Shown: positions 36,071-49,760, counted from the first letter of the stretch. The stretch is DNA of 64,000 bases from Nymphaea colorata (GCF_008831285.2 NC_045138.2:33480001-33544000); one strand, 5' to 3'. Notes: generated by a model from the sequence alone, not told the origin. Translations and numbers: made by a program.

Positions 36071-37765
36071 TGTTTTGTCAGCCTATCGACACCCCAAAGA
36101 ATGGACGAGAAGCTGCAAGAATTCGACGCCAAGCAACTTGACCTCGATGACAATCTACTTATGCCTCGACATATTCCTGTTTGGTTTGTTTCTCTTGATG
36201 CCTTTGTTGCAATCACAATTAGGTGCTGCACTGGACATGATTTAAATGTAAAACAATGAGAATTAAGGTCAAGTGGTTGGTTTCCTAAGTCAAATATTGG
36301 AAGCTGAGAAAGGCAGCAACTGACCAAAACACTGAATTAAATTTTACAGATCAAACAGGTCAAGAAAACCAAAACAGGACGACTTCCTGATTTATAAACA
36401 ACACTAACAGACCAATGCCGTCATGTCTCGTGAAAGTGAAAAAATATAATTACGAGAACTCACATCAAATTTGAATGGTAACAGGCATATTTTAAGGTAT
36501 GGAAATATTGTATTTAACTGCTTGAATTATGTATAAAAAAAAAAAAAGCTAAACGAAGCACTTCTATTCAAGCTAGTTCTTCTTAAACAACGAGAACGGA
36601 AGACATGCTTGGCAAAAACCACCGTTATAGCTCAATAGCGGCGACAAAGACTACCGGTATTTGTCTATACCGGTGCGTTTCTCCGACGCTATACCTACTT
36701 ATACCGATGATGGTTTTCCCCGCTAAATCCGCTTTTACCGGTGTTACTTGTCGCCGTTGGAAGTCTTCACCGCTGTAGACCTATAACGGTTATATCTGCC
36801 ACCGGTATACGTAGTTAAAACTGATCGTACACACCGGCCGAAAAATACAGCCGTATTTGGAGAGCACAACCCCAGTACGTGAAGCGAGCACCACAACCCT
36901 GGCAGACACACTAGGTGTGCACCTAAGGTGCCAGCCTAACTCTCAGCTCTTTCTCTCTCTCCCTCCCTATTGTGATTTAACACTTACATCTTTGATGCTT
37001 AAACAAATTTATCTGTTTACTAAACTGTTTATGAAAAATGGACTTGACATTTTGATTTCTGCACTGAAGGCACTTGCACTCTTGACTTCCTAATCTGGGA
37101 TAGTTTGTCACTGTAATTGCCTTCATTGTTCGAAAGCTGCAGTCACGTTATTTCCTATTTCAATTGTTCAATTTACTTCACCATTAAAGTTGCGATTATT
37201 TAAGTTTGTAGAATCTTGATAAGTTACCTCTACCTGACAAATGCAAAGCGCCTGGAGGAATTCATGTCGAACATCGGTTTTTCTGCGGGTGTTTTTCCTA
37301 ATATGATTGCACAGAAATGAAGGAAATGTTTTGAGGAATCAACCTAAGTTTGATGCTTGGAATCTTGGATGCCTGTGGTATTGCCAACCTGATCATTCTG
37401 CAGCCAATGGAAGTTGGGACTTGCTTCTGAGGTTCCTGAGATATCCTTCACAGCAAAAGTGCGCACGAGCAATCCAACAACAACCACCTTCACCTTTGGC
37501 AGCTATATCATTGCCATTCTTCATATCGTTGTTCAGAATCATCTATCAAATGGATAAATAGAATACGCAGTCTACTTTGATCTACGATTTCAAAATTGCA
37601 AAAACCTTGTCATTGTAAACAAAGGTTCATGAATAGAAAAAAAGTTGAAAACAAATGCAACTGAACCCACCGGGTTCTGGTTCCTGATAGTTGATTGAGC
37701 TGCGGTTCAGTGCAATTACTAAAATCATTAGACAAATGATAAAATCATAAAAGTAACACAAAGAC

Positions 37766-38928
37766 TGTTAGCGTATGGGGATCGGGTCTGTTCAGACCCG
37801 ATCCATTCTCCTTATATCCACACGCCTAAATTACTAGGCGGTGGCTCTCTTGTAATATTTTATAATTTTATGTACAAATCTGTTGTAACCTATTAGGGTT
37901 ATTCTTTTAATTCAAAGATTAAGGAACGCAGGGCTGGGTTAAGCCGGCTGCTCCCTTTCCTCCATCGTCTTCTTTCATCCTCTCCTCTCAATATATCTGT
38001 TTTGCATACGGAGAGACGAGTACTTTGTGAAGATTCTTACATGGTATCAGAGCCAGGTTGCATCGTCTTCCGGTTTGATGTGATTAGCCCTAATCTGCCC
38101 TAAATTCTTTCTTTTCTGGCGTGGTCATCCCTCTTTTCAGTTTCTGCCCTAAATCTTGCGTGATTTGCCCTAATCGTTGTGCCCTATTTTCTCATCGTTT
38201 TGCCCTAATTTATGTCGTTGCCCTAAATCAATTATGGATCAGCCGACTCCCTCTCTTCTATCTTCTAGCTTTCTCTCCCAACTTATTTCTCAAAAGCTGA
38301 ATCATAGTAACTATTTGACTTAGAAACGTCAAATAGTCCCTTTTATTAAAAGTCATAGACTCTACGGGCATATCGATGGGACCACTCCAGCACCTCCTAT
38401 GTATATTGACCGTGAAGTGAAGAAGACCGTAGTGGGAGATCAAGCTGCTGCGGCTGCGGCTATGAGTGAAATCAGATTTGAATATGAAACCATTACTGAA
38501 AATAATCTTGAGTATGAAGCTTGGCTAGCTCACGACCAGTCCCTTGTTGCCTATATTACTTCTACTTTGTCAGAGGAAGTATTAGGAGGTATTGATGAAG
38601 ATTTAACAGCCCTAGAGTTGTGGTCTACCCTTGCCACCACGTATTCTCAAGTATCCGAAGCACGTTTTCTGTAGTTAAGAAGGCAATTTGAGGACATCAA
38701 GCGTGGGACGCGTACTGTTTTGGAGTATTTGAATGAAATTAAAAGTGTTAAGTGATCAACTTGCTGCCATTGGACATCCCGTCAGCGACAAGGACAAAGT
38801 GCAACAAGCCTTGAGTGGACTGGGAACAGATTTTGATATTTTTTGCACAGCCTTGGAAGTCCTACCTATTCTTCCATCTTTCGAAGATCTCAAGGCTAAG
38901 TTATTCCAACACAAAGCTAGTCGTGTTC
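37766..38928 (+). mobile_element. Ty1/copia LTR retrotransposon, 5' LTR + PBS + degenerate gag, 3'-truncated
   Basis: LTR TGTTAG...CTTACA 37766-38041, then PBS TGGTATCAGAGCC 38042-38054. gag from ATG 38234 reads KLNHSNYLT*KRQIVPFIKSHRLYGHIDG...YEAWLAHDQSLVAYITSTLSEEV...LWSTL...LSDQLAAIGHPVSDKDKV, with stops and a frameshift. No pol or 3' LTR. Confidence 0.93.
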
Positions 38929-38929
38929 A

Positions 38930-39632
38930 GCCATCTTCCTCTGCTCCACCACTTCCATTAAAAAATCAGGCGCTAATTCTACAAGTGTCCTCTCCCTGCA
39001 AGATTTTCTAGGGAGATCCTCCTCTCAGCTACTGAGCTCACAGAGACTGCCGGAGCAGGTCGGAGTAGACAAACTTCCGGCCACCCTCTCTGTCCCTGTT
39101 TCCTGCGTCCCCTGTTCGGGCATCTGAACGAGCAGTCGTGAATCCTCTGCTTCCCCAGACATCTATTGCTAGGACTCTCAACCGACCGATTGGTAAGGTC
39201 TCCAGACAAAAACTTATCTCAGTTTATATTATTCTCTGCAATCGTCCCAGCGAGAGTCCAACTGGGGAGCGACGGAAGCAGTGCGGCCTCCCCCGACCGG
39301 TCTCCAGATAAAAACTTATCTCAGTTTATATTATTCTCCTGCAATCATCTCAGCGAGAGTCCAACTGGGGTGCGACGGAAGCAGCGCTGCGGCCTTCCCT
39401 GTTCCCGAGCCTCCCTTGTCCATCCTCTACTCCTGCCTTCCTGGCAGAGACCCTGTGGGGGAGTAGTTGAGAGAGACACCCCCCGTTTGATCTCAACGGG
39501 AAATCTGTCCATCCGGTGAAGTGCACAACCATCGCAATCCCCTGTTTCTCCCTCATGACTTGATTTCTCTGTAACTTACCTGCTACGAGGAGAACCATTT
39601 CGGCTGAGCTGCTCGTCCAGCCAGTGGAGGGC
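38930..39632. repeat. ~700-bp GC-rich duplicated block (partner 42202-42905)
   Basis: GCCATCTTCCTCTGCTCCACCACTTCCATT...GCTGCTCGTCCAGCCAGTGGAGGGC is nearly identical in both; each has an internal ~110-bp duplication. Confidence 0.95.
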
Positions 39633-41038
39633 GGGCATCTTGGACTGTTCTTGGTGGACAAGCATCCTTCAAGCTTCTATGTGTGTATGTATGTTACATG
39701 AATGGTTTCATGATTGATTAGCTACTTATGATGAATTGGTTTTGAATTCTAGTATGAGTTATTAGTAGAGACGTTCACAAGGCAACTTCGAGGGATAGAG
39801 AATCACTTTATAGTTTATACTCACTGGTTAACATGGTATATCTAATACAATTTGTAGCACATAAGATTGTAGAAAAAAAAGGAAAAAGAAAAACAGAAGG
39901 AAGGCTTCAGCTGAGAAATCTATATTGCAGCTGGTTGACTTTGGTTTTTTCAGCATATATCAGTTCCTTTTCTTATTTTTTTTGCTTTTTTTATAATTTC
40001 AAATGAAGAAATTCTCTCTCAACACAAAGCCGAAACCAACACCAGAGGATGAATTCCAAGAATCAAATGTAAAATTTGGTTGAACTTTCAATGAACAGGC
40101 AACGAGGGTTTTTTTTGGCCGGGCATCTTCAACCTTCTTCCTTTCCATTCTTTGGCTTAGCTTGAGCCTTGTTGTACTTTTGGAAATACCGATGTGAGTG
40201 GAGGATGTGTGAAAAATGCAGCTGTGCAGCTTGAAGACCAGAACCTATCCTCTCATCTCCTTTCTTAAGAACATCGGCTGCACTTCCATTCTCATCCCCA
40301 TCTTTAGGCATATTATTTCTATGTTCAAAAATAGTGCATAAAGATTGCTATATCCGTGAAGGAATCCCAAGCATAGGATAAATTTAGCTCTTACTGTATA
40401 ATGCATACCAAAAGAAGTCAATCAGCAGCACATTTGATGAAGGATTTCTACATGGTTACTCGTTTGGGAAACTATGTCTACTACACAATTCAAAGACCGA
40501 GCTACAGAATATCAATCTTTAATATTATACCTCTTCTGTGACGACGCCATTTTGGACAAAGTATTGACAGCCATTGATAGGCCAGCCTCCATCACAGCCA
40601 CCTCCACACATAGACCCACAACATGCAAGAACATTGTTAACTGACAGTGAGGTGCTCTACAGGAAAAGACAACTGTAGTTAGTAAACCGAACAAAAAAAT
40701 AAGGACCAAAACTGTGGCGGCAAAAGCGAGTGGCTCGATTCTCATTCAATTGTTGATTTTCCTAAATCCGATCCTTAAAAACCAGAGCAAGTCAAGGTCG
40801 GAACCCTAGGCACATCCCCACAACAATCATGCACACTACAAGAAGACCAAGTAGAACGAAAATCAAAACCCTTGTGATTGCTTTTAAGATCAAACTCTCT
40901 TCCCCGTCTGATATTGAATTAGAACTTTCCTATTTCAATTGTCCCAACCCAGCTGTCTTGAGGTCATAGTCCTTGAGATTGTGAGTGGACAGAGGATGAC
41001 AAGGCCAAGGTTCCAAGACATCGAGCATCCCAGCCCGA

Positions 41039-41545
41039 GAAACCCTAACTTACTTTTCTCCTGTTTGAGGTAGCCATCCCCGACTTTAACATGAGCGTCT
41101 GGAGACAAAGAAGTTATCGACTGTGATCACGTACTGGCTCATCCGTCTAAGGAACGCATTAAGGAAGAACCAATGGGGGAAAAAGAAAGGGAGCACCGCT
41201 CAAGGGCAGACAGTCTGAATCCGTTGATGCACAAAAACGCCATATCCTGCATCAACGATTTCCATAAGCACCACAAGAATAAGAAAGAAATCTGTTAAAT
41301 TTCCCATGTTTGAATTATCCAGAAATCCAATGACAAACGCAAAATAAAAAAATAAACACTGTTGAAACCTGCCCTAGAAATCCTAACTCACCTTTCCCCT
41401 GTTCGACGTAGCCATCCCCGACTATAACACGACCGTCTGGAGGCGACGCTCAAAGAAGTTATCGACTGTGAGCGCGTATTGGCTCATCCGCCTAAGGAAG
41501 GCATTAGGGAAGAACCAATGAGGGAAAAAAAGAGGGAGCACCTGC
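41039..41545 (-). repeat. Duplicated ~165-bp exon-like segment (41039-41198 and 41377-41543)
   Basis: Both copies read GGTGCTCCCT...CAGG(A/G)GAAA(A/G)GT(A/G)AGTTAGG on the minus strand (donor-like end); the right copy is preceded by CAG. Confidence 0.75.
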
Positions 41546-41583
41546 CAGGAATTCACCTAGATCGTGTCTCTTCCTCTCCAACG

Positions 41584-41641
41584 TGCCCTCTGCCCAGTGG
41601 AGCTCCCCTAACTGCCCTCTGCCCAGTGGAGCTCCCCTAAC
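41584..41641. repeat. Perfect 29-bp tandem duplication
   Basis: TGCCCTCTGCCCAGTGGAGCTCCCCTAAC x2. Confidence 0.95.
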
Positions 41642-43134
41642 TGGGCCTCAGCCCGCCTTGTTGCCCCTCTTCTTGCTGCTGAGGATTAGGCCCATTCGGC
41701 CGTGTGCGGTGCACTTGGTGGTTCGACCCTCTTGCAAGCTGCTGTATTTCTGCTGGTGACCACACCAATGGCCGCAAACCCTTCCGAATGAGACTCGTGG
41801 ATGCCCTTGGCAGCGAGGTTACCTCTTGCAGAAGCCCCCAAAATTTTTGGTCCTGCGCACCGCTCCCCATCATAATCAAGGTTCTCCTTTCCATCAGTAA
41901 GCTCACGTCACCGGATACAGAATCCCCGACTCGCTGCGGTTCCATCGAGCCATATCTTGTCGCCGGAGGAAGTCCCCACTAGAATAGTAAGATTTCCAGC
42001 GCCCCTGATTTAACTGCACACCACCGCCGACGCGGGTCTCCGCTGGCCCTCAAACTGCTCAGACAGCACCGTGGGTTAGTGTCGGATCCAACAAGCCCAA
42101 CCTGTAGCATCGCCCGAAAGGTGCGGATCCAACGGTCCAGTGCTCGACTGGAACCGGTGCCGGAGTTTGCTGGAATCAGGCGATTTTCGATCGCCTGTTC
42201 TGCCATCTTCCTCTGCTCCACCACTTCCATTCAAAAATCAGGCGCTAATTCTACAAGTGTCCTCTCCCTGCAAGATTTTCCAGGGAGATCCTCCTCTCAG
42301 CTACGGATCGAAAGAACCTGAGCTCACAGAGACTGCCGGAGCTGGTCGGAGTAGACAAACTTCCGGTCACCCTCTCTGTCCCTGTTTCCTGCATCCCCTG
42401 TTCGGGCATCTGAGCGAGGGAGCGCAGTCGTGAATCCTCTGCTTCCCCAGACATCTATTGCTGGGACTCTCGACCGACCGATTGGTAAGGTCTCTAGACA
42501 AAAACTTATCTTAGTTTATATTATTCTTTGCAATCGTCCCAGCGAGAGTCCAATTGGGGAGCGACGGAAGCAGTGCGGCCTCCCCCGACCGGTCTCCAGA
42601 CAAAAACTTATCTCAGTTTCATCTCAGCGAGAGTCCAACTGGGGTGCGACGGAAGCAGCGCTGCGGCCTTCCCTGTTCCCAAGCCTCCCTTGTCCATCCT
42701 CTACTCCTGCCTTCCTCGCAGAGACCCTGTGGGGGAGTAGTTGAGAGAGACACCCCCCGTTTGATCTCAACGGGAAATCTGTCCATCCGGTGAAGTGCAC
42801 AACCATCGCAATCCCCTGTTTCTCCCTCATGACTTGATTTCTCTGTAACTTACCTAATACGAGGAGAACCATTTCGGCTCAGCTGCTCGTCCAGCCAGTG
42901 GAGGGCCTTTGGAGGCCACCAATCCCTACTCAGCTACTGCTGTTCTTCTGCCAAGCGAGCTCGGCATAGCAACGGACAGGGTGCTACACAAACAAATTTA
43001 AACAATTTTGCTCTTGATGCATAAAATGGAAAAGGTACCGCCATCGATTTACTTGCTCATTATTTTCAAATTCCCTAACAATAAAAATTGCATCCTGATA
43101 GGCTAGTCAGGCATGTCTAACAGAGGAATCGCTT

Positions 43135-43487
43135 TTGAAACCGCATATATTTGTTACATGTTGTAGTGAAACTGAGATGCATCCTCAACCCAAACCGCAT
43201 ATATTTGTTATTTGTTGTAGTGAAACCAAGATGCATCCCCAATCCAACCCGGTTCTTGATACTTAGATGCCTCCTTGATACTTAGATGCCTCCCCAACCC
43301 GATTTTTGAAATCGAGATATTGTTTTTGAAACCGAGATAACTCCCAACCCGGTACTTGAAACTGAGATGCCTCCCCAACCGGTTCCTAGAATGTCTGAGA
43401 TGCCTCTCCAACTCGGTTCGACCTCTCCAACCTGGTTCTACCTCTCCAACCCGATTCTTGAAACCGCACACGTCTCCAACCCGTTTC
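43135..43487. repeat. Degenerate ~31-bp minisatellite
   Basis: Consensus TTGAAACTGAGATGCCTCCCCAACCCGGTTC repeated with truncations. Confidence 0.8.
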
Positions 43488-45210
43488 AACTTCAATTTTA
43501 TCCAACACCAACCATAGGAGTTTCTTGAAGCACAAAATACTCCTTACCAGGTCTAACATGGGCTTCATCACCTCTCACATGCTCAAGGGGCTGAAAATAC
43601 AGCTTTGGGATTCTCCTACACTTCTCGAGCTTCCTCTTTCAGTGGTCACCAGCCCCTCACATGCACTTCAAGAAGAAGCCACCCACCCATGATGTTACCT
43701 ACCCTAAGGGATTTGAACTAAACAAAATAAGCTTTAGAAAGCTAGAATTAGGGAAAAATCAGGTAAATATCAGAAATTCCAACTCCAGGCACCCAGGTAG
43801 CAGAAAACAGAGTTTAATAAAAATTTTAAATTCTATAACATCAAATCATCAGGTCCAAAAGTTCTGAAATTTTGAGGGTGTAAAGTTGAGTTCAATACCT
43901 AACTTTGACCAAAAAATAGATAAAGGTGGAAGGTGGACTTTCCTTCATTTTCCTTTCGCTTCTCATCCCCTTGTTCTTTAAAGAATCCAATATGATTCTC
44001 GTTTCTGACTCTCTCACTATAGGATTGCTATTCATCATGTCTCTAGGACGAATTGTAAGCATCCAGAGCATCAACCAAGGCTTCATGTGCAGCAAACTGA
44101 ACTGCTTCAGCATCCATTATAGGGGGCAGCAATGTAAGCAATTAACCAATGCACTCTCCCCAACTCTAAGTTAGGCCAGAAGAAGAGTCTCACCCAGAGG
44201 TAAGCCTCATTAAGTTTTTGTGTAACCCTAAAGTCTCCAAGGGTATCTATGGAGCGTGAAGATTTCTGGGGTCAACAGCATCTCGATGGTGGCCAACTGC
44301 AGGAGTTCTTTAAGCTCAAAATACTCCCTAAGAGGGTTAACATGGGCTTCATCGCCTCTCACATGATCAAGGGGCTAGTTCTAGAGAGTGTCTCTTCATT
44401 AAACATGTTATAAAACTTGACTTCTTAGAGAGTTCACGTCTCATAAAACTTGCCAACAAAAGAGACCTAGTGTGAGAAGGCCTGTCGTTTGTCGAATCCT
44501 TGTGTAGGCCGGTAGTTTCTCAAATCCTTGTGCCTTCTGTCATTTCTCAAACCCTTGTGACACCTGAGCTTGTCCTTCATAATGGCACCAGTGCATCATA
44601 TGCAAGAATGTACAGTGATCAAACAAAATAATGGCACCAGTGCATCATATACAAAAATGTACAGTGATCAAACAAAATGAACACACATCCTTCAGTGCGT
44701 GAAAATTTCCTCCAATTAAACTTCAATTTTATCCAACACCAACCGTAGGAGCTCTTCAAACACAAAATACTCCTTGTGAGGTCTACGCTTACATGCTCAA
44801 GGGGCTGAAAATATGGCTTTGGGATTCTCCTACACTTCTTGAGCTTCTTCTTTCGGTGGTATCCGCCCTTTGCATGCACGTCAAGAAGAGGCCATGCAAG
44901 CACAATGTTACCTACCCTAAAACTCATTCCTAGACTAGCACATGATTTACTAGACATGATTTACTAGACAAAATAAGCTTTAGAAAGCTAAAATTAGGGG
45001 AAAATCAGGTAAATATTAGAAATTCCAACTCCACGCACCCAGGTAGCAGAGTTTTATAAAAAATCTGTAATATCAAATCTTCAGGTCCAAAAATTCTGAA
45101 ATAGGGCGTAAAGTTGAGTTCAACACCTAAATTTGACCAAAAAATAGATAAAGATCGATGGTGGACTGTCCTTCATTTTCCTTTCTTCTCGTTTCCCTTC
45201 TCATCCCCTT
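43488..45210. repeat. Direct repeat pair of ~490 bp (43488-43975 and 44718-45210)
   Basis: AACTTCAATTTTATCCAACACCAACC...GACCAAAAAATAGATAAAG...TCCTTCATTTTCCTTTC occurs twice; a further fragment lies at 44315-44376. Confidence 0.9.
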
Positions 45211-46589
45211 CCCTTCTCTTTCTTTCCTTTTCCTTTACATCCATTCATTTCTATCCTTCCATCCAAACAAACAGTGGGTAAGTTTTGACAGTCTCACATG
45301 CATGTAATTTTTGTGGGAAATCAAGAATAACAGAGCTTACACCTAAAAGAGTGATGGTAGAGCTGGTGACAAAGAAATTAATCCACAAAAGATGGAAAGA
45401 GAATACCTGAACTGCAAGGAGAGGCAGAAAGTAATCATCAAAGTTGATCATCGTGCCATCAACCAGTGGCAACAAGGAATTGACAATGACTTGAACCTCA
45501 CCAGCGGACATCAACTTCAACACACCGACCCAATCGGCAGCAGCCACATCAAACCATACACCTTCGTCACAGCAATCAAACACATCAAACCATACACCTT
45601 CATCACAGCAATCAACGAAGTTGGTAGTCTCACAAGGGAAGTGCAAGAGGCATCGGGAGAGGGATGACTTGAGGCGGCGTTCGGTGGTGGCTTCCAACAG
45701 CCTAGAGGATTTGTAAACGTAGCCCTTTTTGTATATAAGAAGTGGATAGCATTTCCAAATCCCAAGCTGTTAATTACAACTTTCTCCCCTCCACCTTGTT
45801 GTTGTTCTTCACCTTCAACTCTTAATGTAGTGCACCATCAGTAGTTCCAGTTCCTACCTCTAGAAACCTAAAACTAATGAAAATAGATATGCACTATTAC
45901 ACAAAACAGCAAGACTTAAACTCGCAGTTGACATGCTGACCCCTTAGATGCGATGATAATGTCATCATAGATATTCAGCCAAGCAACCTAAAAACTTAAG
46001 CAATGAAGTATGCAATTCAAAGTATCAAAATGCGACACAACAACCAACATACCCCTTGATCAGATTTTATTTATCAAAAGAATCGAGTAAATACATTGAA
46101 AAATGAAAATCAAACAACTAAGTCAACAAAGCTCCTAAACAAACCCATTTCACAATGAAAGTGAAAAATAAACACTACAAGCTGGAAAACCACTAAGTAG
46201 ACAATAAAAGAAAAAATTGAACTACCAGAAAATCAAACCAACAATGGGTCAACTCAACAAAACTAAAATACTCTATCTAAACCAGAATGTGATCTTGAAA
46301 ACAAATCAAACCAATGACCTTGACCTATGATGGACATGTACAATGCTTAACTAAAGCATCTATTCGACTAACAAGACACGAAGAAACTGAGTACAAACCT
46401 GGTCTAAAACCATGACGGACCCAGGGACATAATGCAGCTTCGATGGATGGAACTTTTAAAAATGTAACAATTCAAAATCGACTAATTCTTTTGAAAAGAG
46501 ATAAAAGGCCTTCCATGACAGACTCAACCCTAAGTCTGGGTTATGTTGAATACACTCAGTTAATGATCTGTGTCTCCTGAGACAGAGGA

Positions 46590-47940
46590 AATGATAGAAA
46601 ATTCATCACACTCAGCATGAGTGGACTAGGTTTTGAGGAATTTCATCTATTCCATGAATGGACAAGTGGTTTGGTAATGAAATGACAAACATCTTTCAAG
46701 ACCAACGAGAATTAGTTAGTTCATCCTACGTCTAGGAAGCCTACAAATATAACAAGAGATGTCAAGTTTTCACTTTGAAATAGTTCAAAAACAATCAATT
46801 AACTCATAAGCAAGAGTGCCTGTGTTGTGCAAATAGTATGACCTTCATTTACCCATAGTACCGTACAAGCATCAAGATTCATTTTGCGTCAATGCCATCA
46901 AATCTCTAGAAGGATGTCTTTCAATTTCCAAAATATGAACATAAAGGAATCATCCTCGGCATCTTAGGTAATCAAGAAAGAGAAGCAGATATTGATCCCA
47001 ACATCGCACATCTATGAAAGATTGTCACATTCAATTCATGCGAGTTCAACCTTCATGCTTTTCATCACTTGGCAGGCACTTTTTTTTTCTTCTTCTTTTT
47101 TTTCTTTCTTTCTTTCTTTTGCATTTGGCCTTTTGGCTTTTCGATTTTTTTTTTCTTGTTTTTTTTTTTCAAGGCTGACCTTCACCTTTGAGGGAATACC
47201 TCACCACCCCAAAGGCTACTACGGAGCTCCACCGCTTTGGTGGTAATGTGTAGCTTTGTCACGTGTCCCACCCGTTTCAGCTTACGGGCTTCGATGAGCC
47301 AAAGGTTCATAAGTCGTTATCTTCGCGGGACAGACATAAATCACCTATATGTCTACCCGGTACTCTCGATTAACGACTCAGAGGAACGACTACACAAGCC
47401 CCGAGCCCATCTCTCAACTCTCATTTTGCTACCTGCCAAGATCTTACAGAGCATTATGGCTTTTCTCTCAAGATATTTTCTTGTTGAATCCTTGTAGATG
47501 CTTGATCATCAGAGTCAATAGCATTTTCTAGTCTTGACTTTCTCAGCTTCATAAGTTTTTTCCTTACTGCTCATATACAGGAATTTTCAGCTTTCCTCTT
47601 CCATTGATTGACAACAAAAACTTAAAATTTTCTCCTTTTACTCGAGAAGGTACTAAGAATAAACCAAAGGCATATATCATGGTGTGAGAAAACAATTTTA
47701 ACAATGTTTTTAAGTAAAATTTAAATTTTTTTCTTTTATAAAAATTCATGACATCAAATGGTATATCAAAAGGAGGAAGGAACTATACTCCCTAAAGAAA
47801 CGACAAAATGAAAAACAAGATGGGTTGGTTGGGTAGAAAAACAAACTTCACCAATACTCCCATAAAATAGTGTCTTCTACACAAAAGGCTAGTTTAAGGG
47901 GGACAAGTTCCCATAAATGTTGGGTCCTTAACTGATTGCA
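46590..47940 (-). repeat. Inverted copy of the 23090-24425 repeat
   Basis: Both copies also give the same spurious peptide TFTFEGIPHHPKGYYG on opposite strands in the ORF track. Confidence 0.92.
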
Positions 47941-49329
47941 GGTTTGGCAAATGGTTTGGGTTAAGCTCTTCACATTCCTTAAGGAAGAACAAAATAAACC
48001 AATACTACGCGGCAAGTTTTCTAAAATCATCAGTTAAACCATAATGACAACTACAGATTTGGACTCTGTTAGACCCCGAATGGTATGCCAAACTAAAGAC
48101 CATGCACCTTGCTAGATAGCACAAATAATATTTGCTAAAAAATGACTGTCTAAGCAATAAGACAAAAAAGATATGCATAAATCAAAGCAAAATACCATAC
48201 AAGTCTGCAGTTCACAATATAATACCTAAGCATTCAGCCTATGATCAATGTGCAAGAAGGTACAGATACAACACTAGTTATAAACCATATAAAATCTAAA
48301 TCCTACCTATCTTACAAACCAAAAAAATAACTTTGAGATATTTGGAGATCATGCACCAAAAACAAGACCGACAAATCAATCAACCAACCTAGTATAACCA
48401 TTGAAATACAAGTTACCACAATTAGCAATAATGATTTCAATGATTACACAAAGTGGTGCCACAACAATTCAAGTGTCCATTACAAAATCACAAAAAACCA
48501 TTAGTCCACAATTCCCCAAACCTAACTATTTTTTTAGATGTGCCTATCTTATAGATGTGCCATCATATCATATAAGAATGTCCTTTCACTGTTAATTTCT
48601 GTCATGTTGTACTTTTTGCAAATTTCAGCTGCTTTTCCTGAAAGTTTCAGCTTGCATTTCCTGTGATAACCATAAACATGGAAAGTAGCTACCTACCATG
48701 TTGCAACAGTTTCATGCAAGACTTAAAATGACAGCAAGTGAATGCCAATCCTTTAGAAAACCTATAGCTGATACTATCCAAGCAAGGGCTACAAGATCAC
48801 AACTAAGCTGGCAAAACTAAAACAACTTCAACATAACATAGCAATCCTTTTTAGACATAATCTCAATGCAATTACAAGGCAAACAAATAACAGTTAAATA
48901 AATCTAAACTAGAACAGAAAAATAAGAAATAATTGCTATCAATCTCAAGATCAAGAAGTATAAATAAGCATCATGTTTCAATAGAAAAAAAATACAATTT
49001 ACTTAAGGAACTAAGGTAACTAGGAAAGAAAACCTGCATACCAGGTGTCACAAAGAGAGTGCCCCACACTTGCAAACTCATGAGTTCGACCAGAACAAGG
49101 GTTAGAGCGTTCAATTACAAGACGTACCTTTGGAAACATACATGCATCTTCTTCACGTTTAAAAAAGTTGTTGATACGACCATTGAAGCACAAGAAGCAA
49201 TAGCCTTTGATAGACAGCCTGTAAAGGTAGAAAAAGAATTAATTTTCATGAAGAAAAATGTGCATGTGCATCATGAGAAAGAAGCAAGTTACTCTGCTAA
49301 GGAAAGGAAAGTGGGGGATCCAAGTTTCC

Positions 49330-49760
49330 TAGAAATAAAACACAATTATGATGATACATTTTTTAAAAGTTTCGAGAAGCTAGTAAACTGGCTGATGCAA
49401 GAACATACCTCTGGACTGATATCTGGGTCAAGCCTGAACTTACAATTTAAGAGATTGTTGGCATCCTCTTTAGAGACCATTCAATTAACTAGACTGCTCT
49501 GGTTCTCTGACATATCTAAAGTTGGATACTAGCTCAACAAAAAGGAGATCCTTTTAAATATGAAGTGTATTGAAATACTCTTCTCTACTTTCTTTGATGG
49601 AATCAAATATTGTGAAGTGTATTATGTTGGAAATGGTGCTTCTATCCAACATTGCACCAAGTAGCTTTTATACCCAAACATTTTGGAGTGGAAAATGGTT
49701 TAAATCCATAGACATCTGAAAATTGAGGTGCATGGATTAGGAGGTGCAACGACATCTAAT
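49330..49760 (+). mobile_element. Possible highly degenerate LINE ORF2 remnant
   Basis: Peptide patches GLISGSSLNLQ (cf. SGLxINxxKS) and YYVGNGASIQ (cf. WxVGNGxxIxFW) occur in LINE order but much closer than expected. Confidence 0.3.

Larger units (their letters stand above)
35782..36163 (+). other. NUMT (nuclear insertion of mitochondrial DNA), ~380 bp
   Basis: Absent from the paralogue, which reads CCCAACAGAAG|CCTCGACATA contiguously at ~19010; contains mitochondrial-type rrn5 and trnP. Confidence 0.9.
35586..36183 (+). pseudogene. Orphan S-domain receptor kinase exon interrupted by mitochondrial DNA
   Basis: [46 protein letters not shown].../frameshift/[10 protein letters not shown][insert 35782-36163]SLDIFLF; paralogue of 18800-19030. 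Confidence 0.92.
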
